Source: an uncultured Acidobacteriota bacterium
Lineage (GTDB): Bacteria > Acidobacteriota > Blastocatellia > RBC074
DNA length: 64,000 nt
Reading direction: 5' to 3'
NCBI GenBank assembly: GCA_963796275.1
Contig: CAWCKY010000002.1
Coordinates: 224,001 to 288,000 of the forward strand
The notes beneath the pieces are model-generated. The model was not told where the DNA came from and made no database searches. It saw nothing but the letters and a program-made list of their open reading frames with translations. Below are positions 34,631 through 43,230 of the stretch, piece after piece (position 1 is the first letter of the stretch; each line of letters opens with the position of its first letter). Made by a program: the position numbers and the translations under genes.

Positions 34631-35585
34631 GAACGGTCTCCCTGGATGAAAGTTGGTTCATCCCTTGAGACAATGTAGCCGCGCGATTCCTTGTCAATAC
34701 GCCGCTGTCAATGACATTGCCCGCGGCATCTATCGTGGAGAAGGATATCTTGTCGGGCATAGCCTCAAAATAGATGAAACTGTTGACTGCGTCGTTGCCG
34801 GCGGCGAAGAAGGGGGTGCGCCGGTCCAGATCACCCTTTCGCAATTGGCCGCCCGTTCCGGAAGTGAAGTATTGCACGCCACGCCGCGGCTTGGTTCGCT
34901 CGTAAACGTGATCGTGTCCGGACAAGGCTGCCGTCACGCCGTATTTTACAAACAATGGCTCGAGCTGCGCACGCAGCTTCAGATCTGATCCATGGGGAAT
35001 GCCGGAGGAATAGATCGGATGGTGAAAGTAGGCGATCTTCCACCGCGCCTTCGAAGCCGCCAGCGCACCATCCAGCCAGCGTGCCTGCGGCGAGTCGAAT
35101 TTGGTCGAATCGAGCGCGAAGAATTCAATCAGCCCATCCCCCTTCACAAACGAGTAATAGGCCTTACCGTTCATGTTGAAGTTCGGGTAGTTGATCTCCG
35201 CTTCTCGCCCCCGCCTCACGTCGTGATTTCCGAGCACGGCGTAAAAATGCACGCCGCGGTTCAGCAATTCGGCGTAAGGCCGCTCGAACCTGTCCTTGAT
35301 GAGAGCTGGATTGCCGTCCGGGTAGATGTTATCGCCGAGCATCAAGGCGAAATCAAACGGATGTTTGCTATGGAAGTCAGCCATCTCGGCAGCGAGCGAG
35401 TATTGGTTGTTTTCGCCGGTCCCCATATCGCCGAATGCGATGAACCGCACCATCCCAACGGGGCCTGTGTCGGACGGATTGGGAGTTTCCTTCAACTGTT
35501 GGGCTCTGCTGCTAAACGAAGCCGCGGCGGCGATGATAACAGCGAGCACAAAGATCAAGAACAAAGCCAGCCATCTGCGTGTCAC
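34617..35585 (-). CDS. Exported calcineurin-like metallophosphoesterase (purple-acid-phosphatase-type motifs)
   Basis: GDMG, GDNIY, GNHD, FHHP, GHDH; probable GTG start at 35585 (MTRRWLAL, twin-Arg-like); 3' end overlaps the TolC-like gene. Confidence 0.9.
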   Translation of the reverse strand: MTRRWLALFLIFVLAVIIAAAASFSSRAQQLKETPNPSDTGPVGMVRFIAFGDMGTGENNQYSLAAEMADFHSKHPFDFALMLGDNIYPDGNPALIKDRFERPYAELLNRGVHFYAVLGNHDVRRGREAEINYPNFNMNGKAYYSFVKGDGLIEFFALDSTKFDSPQARWLDGALAASKARWKIAYFHHPIYSSGIPHGSDLKLRAQLEPLFVKYGVTAALSGHDHVYERTKPRRGVQYFTSGTGGQLRKGDLDRRTPFFAAGNDAVNSFIYFEAMPDKISFSTIDAAGNVIDSGVLTRNRAATLSQGMNQLSSRETVHAGY

Positions 35586-35678
35586 TACTCTCTTTACCTC
35601 ATTGTACCTGGTTGCCTTTTGTTTTTTTTGGCGAATCGGAGCGGCCACCAATCGGCCGACGAAATACGCCAATGATTC

Positions 35679-35711
35679 ATTGTAACGAAGAGCGGATAAA
35701 CAGGGGATAAA
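35679..35711 (-). promoter_or_regulatory. Direct-repeat promoter copy 3 (phosphatase-RND operon)
   Basis: TTTATC-CCCTG-TTTATC-N10-TACAAT. Confidence 0.78.
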
Positions 35712-35748
35712 TGGGGCAGGAAAAGAGATTTCGCGTGCGCTCCGTCAC

Positions 35749-37182
35749 TCAACCGGCCTGATTCGCAGGTAGAGTGACGCGGAATTGGCTACCGGTATGG
35801 TCAGAATAATGTAAGATCAACGATCCGCCGTGCGCCTCGGCAACCCAGCGTGCGATGGAGAGCCCCAATCCAGCGCCACTGCCGCTATTCCCATTCGCCG
35901 CACGAAACCGGGCTTTATCGGCTCGATAGAAACGCTCGAAGATATGCGGCTGTGCTTCGGCGGGGATACCTGTTCCGGTGTCAGACACGACGACATAATA
36001 GATTGAGTCCGTTTGTCCGAGTTGAAGCACGACCTGCCCGCCGGCGGGCGTATGTTTGATGGCATTATCGAGGAGGTTGAGCAGCATCTGGCGCAGCAGC
36101 GCCTCATCGCCGCGATACGGAGCCTCAACTGCCTCCTCAAACTCGACCGAGACAAGTTTACGCACGGCTAGCACGCCTACGGCGCGCGCAGTTTCGGCAA
36201 CCAGTTCATCCAGATAGAAATCATGCAGCTCCAGCCTGCGCTGCCCGGAATCGGCGCGCGCCAGGGTGAAGAGGTCATCTACGATCTTGTTCAAGCGGCG
36301 GCTCTGTTCGTTGATGATCGCCAGCGTTTCGTGGTATTCGCCCACTTCGCGCCGCGGGCTCTCCATTATCACTTCCGTCGCGGTGTGAATGATGTGGAGC
36401 GGCGTTCGCAGTTCGTGCGAAGCGTCCGCCACAAATTGCCGCTGCTTAGAGAATGATTCCTGCAGGCGAGCCAGCAACTCATTGAATGTCGCGGCCAACT
36501 GACCCAGTTCGTCGCGCGAATTGGTGATTGGCAGACGTTGTTCCAACCTTTCGGCGCTGATGCGCCGCGCGCTGTTTGCCATCTCCATAACCGGCGCCAG
36601 ACTTTTACGGGCCAAAAACGATCCGCCGATCCAGGCCAGCAGCATTGCCGCCGGCACCGCCATCAGAAAAATGACGCGCAAACCGGCCAGGTCTTGTGAC
36701 ACCGCTGCGAGACTTTGGCTGACTACAATTAAATAGCCTTTGTTTTCGCGCTGATACCTCACGCGCCGCGTGGCGACTCGCAATTCTTCTTCCTTACCAT
36801 AGATTCTGCCGATGGTGTGCAAAAATCGAATTTCGTCATCGGTAGGGAAAAGTCGCTCATCCGGCAGATCGGCCTGAAGGTCATTCGACAATACCTTCTC
36901 TTCCAGCAGACGCCCTTGCGCATCGAAGATTGCTGCCGCCTGGTCGGGAAAGTAATGCTCATTTAGAGCGCTGTGTATAGCTTGCGTTTCGCTCTCGCCC
37001 TCATCCAGCTCATAGACCAGGAGTCGCGATATCCCTTCCACGGTTGTTTGCACGCCGGCGTCCAATCGACGGTGAAGCTGGTTCGCCGCCAGCAGGTATA
37101 CGCCAACGCTGAACACGATCAACACGAATGCCAGTGTCCCTGTGTGCCACAGCGTCAATCTAGTTCGCACCGAATCCAGCAT
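35749..37182 (-). CDS. Membrane sensor histidine kinase (2TM-HAMP-HisKA-HATPase, CusS/QseC-like)
   Basis: FVADASHELRTP, NLLDNAIKH, DTGTGI, IFERFYR, GAGLGL. Confidence 0.95.
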   Translation of the reverse strand: MLDSVRTRLTLWHTGTLAFVLIVFSVGVYLLAANQLHRRLDAGVQTTVEGISRLLVYELDEGESETQAIHSALNEHYFPDQAAAIFDAQGRLLEEKVLSNDLQADLPDERLFPTDDEIRFLHTIGRIYGKEEELRVATRRVRYQRENKGYLIVVSQSLAAVSQDLAGLRVIFLMAVPAAMLLAWIGGSFLARKSLAPVMEMANSARRISAERLEQRLPITNSRDELGQLAATFNELLARLQESFSKQRQFVADASHELRTPLHIIHTATEVIMESPRREVGEYHETLAIINEQSRRLNKIVDDLFTLARADSGQRRLELHDFYLDELVAETARAVGVLAVRKLVSVEFEEAVEAPYRGDEALLRQMLLNLLDNAIKHTPAGGQVVLQLGQTDSIYYVVVSDTGTGIPAEAQPHIFERFYRADKARFRAANGNSGSGAGLGLSIARWVAEAHGGSLILHYSDHTGSQFRVTLPANQAG

Positions 37183-37186
37183 AGAA

Positions 37187-37882
37187 TCAGGTTGGAAGTT
37201 GGTCGTTTCCCGCCGCCAGCAGATAGCCCTCGCCGCGTAGCGTGCGAATCAGTTTCGGCTCTCGCCCTTCGTCAATCTTGCGTCGCAACCGTTGAATGTA
37301 AACCTCAATCAGGTTCGAAAACGGATCGAAGTTCTCGTCCCAGACGTGTTCGGCGATCTCCGAACGGGAGACAATCTGACCGGCGCGCCTCGCCAGGTAT
37401 TCCAACAAAGCATACTCTTTGGCAGTCAACGCGATCGGTTGACCCGCGCGCTGAACTGCGTGTGAACGAGTATTGATTTTCAGGTCGCCGGCTTCAATTG
37501 TCTCCGGCTGCAAGGACTGGCTCCGCCGCAACAGCGCCCGCACGCGCGCCAGAAGTTCGTGAAAATCGAAGGGCTTGATCAGGTAATCGTCCGCGCCGGA
37601 ATCTAATCCGGTGATGCGATCGCGCACATCATCTAAAGCCGTCAGCATCAGCACAGGTACGCTCGTCCCCCCGGCGCGAATTTCGCGGCAAACCTCAAAA
37701 CCATCTTTCAATGGAAGCATTACGTCGAGGATGATCAGGTCATAGTTGTTGATGCTCGACAGATAAACAGCTTCTTCACCTTCAGCCGCGATATCGACAG
37801 CGAAAGACCGCTCGCGCAACCCTTTCGCCAGCACACGCGCCGCATCAAGTTCGTCTTCAGCCAGCAAAACACGCATCTTCAT
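37187..37882 (-). CDS. OmpR-family response regulator
   Basis: REC (LLAEDE, LDVMLP, KPF) plus winged helix (NLIEVYIQRLRRKID, TLRGEGY). Confidence 0.95.
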   Translation of the reverse strand: MKMRVLLAEDELDAARVLAKGLRERSFAVDIAAEGEEAVYLSSINNYDLIILDVMLPLKDGFEVCREIRAGGTSVPVLMLTALDDVRDRITGLDSGADDYLIKPFDFHELLARVRALLRRSQSLQPETIEAGDLKINTRSHAVQRAGQPIALTAKEYALLEYLARRAGQIVSRSEIAEHVWDENFDPFSNLIEVYIQRLRRKIDEGREPKLIRTLRGEGYLLAAGNDQLPT

Positions 37883-37941
37883 CCCTTTACATCAGAATCC
37901 TGGCTACTTCAGAGACAATCTCAGAGTGCCGTCCAGCAACT

Positions 37942-37974
37942 ATCATATTATGCGCCAGATAAATACATGATAAA
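37942..37974 (-). promoter_or_regulatory. Direct-repeat promoter copy 4 (autoregulatory position, upstream of the regulator)
   Basis: TTTATC-ATGTA-TTTATC-N10-TATGAT. Confidence 0.78.
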
Positions 37975-38199
37975 CCCGGCGATCTGGCCGCTACCACTTG
38001 TAATTGTCCGTAGTTTGGCTCTGGCATCTGGCGCATTGGATCAGGCAGTTGTAATATTGAAGCGACATTGGAAGACTTCATAAGTGATAGCGGCCACTCA
38101 TTTGCGGTAAGCTCGACCTCGCCGATCACGAACATCCAATGCCGCACAATATGGGCGGCTTTCTTTTTGCGACAGGTTCACTTAGGTCACCCCGCCACT

Positions 38200-38755
38200 G
38201 CTCGCACATGCGTCTGTAACTCATTAATTCTCACAAGGCTGAGATAGGCGCAATCCAATTGGATCGCAGGTGAGTGGTAACCATAGGGTCGACAGAGATA
38301 GCATCAGACGCATCCGACGTATCGCATGCGACGCGCGCTGATTGCCGCATTCGCCGAAGAACTTGTCCGCGCGCTCAGGCGACTGTCCCGAACGATTCCT
38401 CCACATCAAGATCGCGGCTCATGTGTTGCGCGCCTTCCAGGGACACTTCTCTGCGCCTCAATCACATGCGGTTGATGTTGATCTGCACCTATGGCACACC
38501 GACCTACGGCTCGATCAGCAAGTCCACGCGCCGGAGACGGTCACCATTGCGTCGCGTATTTCGTTCGCTTTGTGCGCAACGCGGCCAGGTCGGGACCGAA
38601 GAGCTTGATCGCGATCTGTACGCGCGTGCCGGAGAGCAGGTGGTCAGTGCGGTGCGAGATCGGTTGGTCGACCTTCAGGCCCACGCCCTGGATTGTGGCG
38701 AGCCTCTGCCTCAAGTCTTCCAGCACTTCGGTGTGCTTGCGACCGCCCTCTTTCG
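38200..38755 (-). pseudogene. Degenerate internal fragment of a second CusA/CzcA-type RND gene
   Basis: [14 protein letters not shown]...[31 protein letters not shown], followed by stops and frameshifts; lower boundary approximate. Confidence 0.72.
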
Positions 38756-38756
38756 T

Positions 38757-39779
38757 TCAGAAACCATAAACCCTACGCCTCGCGCGAGCAGCCAGCCCGA
38801 CCATACTCCGCGCCAACGGACCAGGTATGGCCGCCAACAAACGAAGGGGCAACGGCCCGCTTCCCGCCAGCCGCAATTCTTCTCGGGCTTCCATCCGCTT
38901 CCCTTTGCGAATCAAACAGCGGGCCCTCGTCAGATACTCGTCCTTCAGCGCCGCTTGATAGCGCTCCTTGTGCTGGGCGAGAAATTGCGCGTCGGCCCCG
39001 AACGTTCGCTGAAGCATCGTGATGCGGCACGTCGCCCTGTGCAACGCATCGCAATGTGAGAGTCGATGCCCTTCATGGTCACACTGCCAGACAGTTTCGC
39101 AGTCGAAGTAAGCCGCCTTGCCGATCCTCGCCAGACGCGTGAAACACTCGTGATCATCGTAAACACTGATGTCTTCGCTGAAATGGAGCGCGTCCCCGGC
39201 CTGCTCACGCCGCACAACCGCGGTCTGTGACGACACATAATTTTCCCTTAGCATTGTTTCGTACAGACTGCCGATATGGACGTTGAAGTCCGCCCGGCCC
39301 GGCGGCAGGGAGGCAAGGGACGAATAAGCTACGGGCGGGCCGAGGATATCATCCCAACTCCGCGGGTCGCGATGCCAGCCAAACAAGCCGTTGTATGTTT
39401 CGGTCCCGTCCATGTCCCTCAGGCCGAGATCGCTGAAACAGAACAAGACATCCGGTCGCGCCCGCATAAAAGCTCGCTGCAAGACTAGCTTGTCGGCGAA
39501 CCATTCGTCGTCAGAATCATTAAACGCCACGAGCGGGTTGCGGGCTTCAGCGATGCCGCGGTTGCGCGCCGCGCCGACGCCGCGGTGTGATCCGAGCACA
39601 TAGCGGATCCGATCGCGATATGACTCGAGCGCCTGCTTGGTGTTATCAGTGGATCCATCATCCACGACGATGACCTCGTCTCCGGGAGACATCATCGCCA
39701 GAACGGATCGCAACGACCGGCCAATGTGTTTGGCCCGATTATAAGTGGGGATAATTACGCTGACCGATAATTCATTCAT
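38757..39779 (-). CDS. Glycosyltransferase family 2
   Basis: VSVIIPTYNR, IVVDDGSTD, ARNRGI, AFNDSDD. Confidence 0.92.
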   Translation of the reverse strand: MNELSVSVIIPTYNRAKHIGRSLRSVLAMMSPGDEVIVVDDGSTDNTKQALESYRDRIRYVLGSHRGVGAARNRGIAEARNPLVAFNDSDDEWFADKLVLQRAFMRARPDVLFCFSDLGLRDMDGTETYNGLFGWHRDPRSWDDILGPPVAYSSLASLPPGRADFNVHIGSLYETMLRENYVSSQTAVVRREQAGDALHFSEDISVYDDHECFTRLARIGKAAYFDCETVWQCDHEGHRLSHCDALHRATCRITMLQRTFGADAQFLAQHKERYQAALKDEYLTRARCLIRKGKRMEAREELRLAGSGPLPLRLLAAIPGPLARSMVGLAARARRRVYGF

Positions 39780-39937
39780 CTAAACCTCAAAGGATACTCC
39801 ATCCATAGCGAGCATCTGGGCGAGCTTGGATGGAGAGGAATTTTGAGACCCCGCGACTTAGGGTAAATCACTTCAAGTATAGAATGACATGTAGTATCAT
39901 TCGTTCCGTGAAATTGACATGTGCTAGACCCTGACCT

Positions 39938-41113
39938 TCATATTGCTCCCTTCTCACTCGCGAATAATTCGTTGCGTAGCGGGCGCAGACGGAACTTGTA
40001 GGTGTGGAGCGCCCATCCGATAAAGCTGCGGGCAAAGATGTAGCAGAATGCGTGCGGGCGCGCTGCCGTCGCCCATTCGAGCTTCCAATCCATTTGCGGC
40101 ATTAAGAAGTCAAATTCCTTCGCCCCCTGCGCCAGAAGTTCGCGCAAGACTTCGGAAGTGATGACATGGCCGGGCGCTCCATGACTAAACTGTTCGTCGT
40201 AGGCGGGTTTGAGGAGAAAATATCGCCCGTCGTAAGTCAGACCGTAGTGCATCGCTACGGTGCGGTCGCCGATATCCAGCCGGTAAAGCGAGAGATAGCC
40301 AAATCGCGTCGCTGACCGCGCGACCTCATCGTAAAACTTCCGCGTCTCGGCGGCGCATGCGATGGCCGTTCCTTCCTTGCCTTTCCAACCGGCGCGTTCG
40401 AGCTGGTAGAAACGCTCCAACTCCGTCGGATCGGCCTCCGTCGTGCTGGTAAGCCGCAGGTCGCCTTCTTCTTCCAGCTTACGTTGGCGGCGGCGCACCG
40501 AATAGCGGAACTTCGAGGTGGTGTGCTTGAGGGCCGCCTCCAGCGTCGTGACCTGTCCGGGTAGCGCGATGTAGGGGCCGGGCGACATCTTCCACTGTCC
40601 AGTCAAATGGCCGTCCGAGCTTGCAAGACTGAGCAGGCTTTCGCTCGCCCCGCCCTCCGGCACTAACCTTAACTCGATCAGGTCCCAGCCGCGCCTCTCT
40701 CTCAACAATTGCCAGACGGCCCGCACCGCCGTCGGAACGTCCTGACCCGCGCCATGAGCCAGATCGAAGCGACACGAGTGCACGTTCGTCGGACTGCGCA
40801 ACATTCTGACCGGCAAGCCGTGAAAGAGCGCCCGCCCCTCGATGAGCGGCAGCAATGCGCGTAAACGTCCATTCACACGTGCCGTAACGATCAAAAGTCT
40901 CTTTTGCGGCGCAAAGGCGCGCATATAAGATTCGATCCACTCCGGGCGGAAGAATGGCTGATCGCAAGGCCCTTCGGCACATAACTCGCGCCACTCGTCA
41001 GCAAACCGCTCGATGATTTCGACGCCGCCTGAGAACGCCTCCGCCACAATCTTCGCCTCGGCTACGGTTTTCAAATTCACGATTGAAGAACTGTCCAAGC
41101 TACTGGTTAACAT
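39938..41113 (-). CDS. GNAT-family acyltransferase, CelD/BcsL type
   Basis: PFFRPEWI, LERAGWKG, KPAYDEQF..GAPG, FDFL....WKLEW; start set at MLTSS after AAGGA. Confidence 0.85.
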   Translation of the reverse strand: MLTSSLDSSSIVNLKTVAEAKIVAEAFSGGVEIIERFADEWRELCAEGPCDQPFFRPEWIESYMRAFAPQKRLLIVTARVNGRLRALLPLIEGRALFHGLPVRMLRSPTNVHSCRFDLAHGAGQDVPTAVRAVWQLLRERRGWDLIELRLVPEGGASESLLSLASSDGHLTGQWKMSPGPYIALPGQVTTLEAALKHTTSKFRYSVRRRQRKLEEEGDLRLTSTTEADPTELERFYQLERAGWKGKEGTAIACAAETRKFYDEVARSATRFGYLSLYRLDIGDRTVAMHYGLTYDGRYFLLKPAYDEQFSHGAPGHVITSEVLRELLAQGAKEFDFLMPQMDWKLEWATAARPHAFCYIFARSFIGWALHTYKFRLRPLRNELFASEKGAI

Positions 41114-41199
41114 GCGCCATATCCTTATGTGAAAACTTGATTGCGGAGAATGCCGTCTGAGTTCGAAGCTCAAGTAATGCGCCAAATCGAGTTAATAAC

Positions 41200-41339
41200 G
41201 AACGCCTGGCGCACGAGAGTTTTCTGGCTGGATACTCTTCCGCACGTCCGGCGAGTTTCCGCAGAATGTTGTAAAAGCGAATCTTGCCGCCTGTATCTAC
41301 CAGAACCAGTTTGCGCATTTTGACCCACAGGATTTTCAT
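41200..41339 (-). pseudogene. N-terminal remnant of a family 4 glycosyltransferase
   Basis: MKILWVK...VDTGGKIRFYNILRKLA; lower boundary approximate. Confidence 0.6.
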
Positions 41340-41497
41340 TGCCTTTTCCCTGAACTCCCGCTGAACGAAAACTCTTGAATTGCCGCGCTCGCGGCGTCCG
41401 GCGCCTCGCCGTCGAAGAAGCGCCGCTGCCAGGTTTCAAAATTGACGAGCATCCACAATCGCTCCGCGTGGCGCTCGCCCGCCGCGTGGCGCGCCGC
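41336..41497 (-). pseudogene. C-terminal remnant of an asparagine synthase (AsnB-like) gene
   Basis: HAAGERHAERLWMLVNFETWQRRFFD; stop overlaps the GT4 remnant ATG. Confidence 0.65.
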
Positions 41498-41499
41498 GA

Positions 41500-42146
41500 G
41501 CACGAGCACGTAAGCCATCGTCGCCACTATCGCCGCCGCGCCCGCCGTCGCTTCGGAAACCGAGAGCGAGCGCTGACGCAACGACACGAGAGCGGTGGCA
41601 CCTCACCTCGCGCGGGACGAGGGCCGCTGCGACGAGCAGCGCAACCAACAGACCGGCAACCGCTGGTCTGGCGATGGCCTCGACGTCAGCCGCCACGCGC
41701 GAATACGAGAGCGCCTGGACGTACTGTTCATTGCCAACGACTTGGGGGATCCTGGCTTCGAAGGTTGGCGTGAAGAAAGCCGTTACCGCGTTGATGGCGA
41801 AATCAGCGCGTAAATCTACCAGACGGCGGTGATGAACGGAAAGAGCATGAGCAGGCCGAAGCGCACGGGGTCGGCGGCGATCAGAATCTTTTTGCGGCTG
41901 AGGCGGTCCGCAATCACGCCCGCCGGTTGCGAGAATAGAATGAAGGCGAGGATGCGCAGCATCAGAGCGTTGCCGATGACTGCGGTCGCCGACGCCCCGC
42001 CTGAGCTGATAGGTGAAGAGCGCCAGACCAACTATCGTCACGCCGCTGCCGAGCAACGAGACGATCTGCGCGCCGAACAACAACTTGAAATCGCGATTGC
42101 GCCAAAGCGATAAAGGCGCGATGGGATGCTGTGGTATTTCGTTCAT
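41500..42146 (-). pseudogene. Frameshifted NreB-like MFS transporter remnant
   Basis: LWRNRDFKLLFGAQIVSLLG...GVIADRLSRKKIL...AFFTPTFEARIP...YVQALSYSR spread over shifted frames. Confidence 0.72.
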
Positions 42147-42178
42147 CAGTTGACAGTGAGTCAATAACGTTAGTCTTT

Positions 42179-42238
42179 AGTCCCGCCTTCAGGAGGAAGG
42201 ACTTGAAATTCCAGATACTTCCTCCTGAAAGCGGGACT
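42179..42238. repeat. REP-like inverted repeat
   Basis: AGTCCCGCCTTCAGGAGGAAG ... CTTCCTCCTGAAAGCGGGACT. Confidence 0.75.
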
Positions 42239-42456
42239 GCAAACCACTCTCGGCTATGCCGTTATCCATTGGTTATTTCTGCTCCGGCTTTGTGCCGGGG
42301 GGGATTCGCAATCTCGCCGAGATTCACGGCGGGGCGATTTCGCTTGAGAAATCGCTGTAGGGGGGAGCGCGCGCAACTCACGCTGCCTGCTTAGGGCGTG
42401 GTGTAGTGGCAAAAATGAGCGAAATCAAAACCGCACTTACGGAGAAAACTTCCGGT

Positions 42457-42971
42457 TCGGCGCCAGTAGCGCCGCGTGCTGTTTCTAATCTCCAAAACCG
42501 GCGCCAGGCTTTTTACGGGCCAAAAACGATCCGCCGAACCAGGCCAGGAGCAAGGCCGCAGGCACTGCCGCCAGAAACCGCGGCGCAAGCCGGCCAGATC
42601 TTGTGAGACAGCTGCGTGACGCTGGCTGAATACACCATATAGCTTTTGTTTTCCCGTGTAAACGTCACGCGTGGCGACTCGCAATTCTTCTCGACAGATA
42701 AACAGCTTCTTCACCTTCAGCCGAGATATCGACCGCGAAAGACCGCTCACGCAACTCTTTCGCCAGCACGCGCGCCGCATCAAGTTCGTCTTCAGCCAGC
42801 AAAACACGCATTCTCAGGCCCTAACATCAGAGTCCATCGTTAACCTGGCTACCTCAGAGACAATTTCAGAGTAGCCTGTTCAGCTTCCATTATACTATGC
42901 GTCAGATAAATACAGGATAAACCGATGATCTGCCTGCTACTAGTGCTTTGTCGTGACCCGGCTCTGACATC
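42457..42971 (-). pseudogene. Decayed duplicate of the response regulator/kinase locus with an internal deletion
   Basis: 42691-42971 aligns to 37756-38028; 42457-42690 aligns to about 36551-36789. Confidence 0.88.
42889..42921 (-). promoter_or_regulatory. Direct-repeat promoter copy 5
   Basis: TTTATC-CTGTA-TTTATC-N10-TATAAT. Confidence 0.75.
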
Positions 42972-43230
42972 GACTCCTACAGCCAGACCGGAAAGCCTCC
43001 ACGCTACATTATTTTAGGGCGCCCATGCCAGCCACATCCGCGCCGTACTTTCAACCCTCGCACTTACTGGGGGAATATGAACTAGTTAATACACTTCTAT
43101 TTGCCACCGGACGCTTATTTCAGTAAGCTTACACATAATAGTAATGTCGGATGGGACTATCACACTTGACTTCGCTCTGATCAAAAAATTCAAAATCTTT
43201 TTTCAAATGTCAAATTTGAGATCATGAGAG

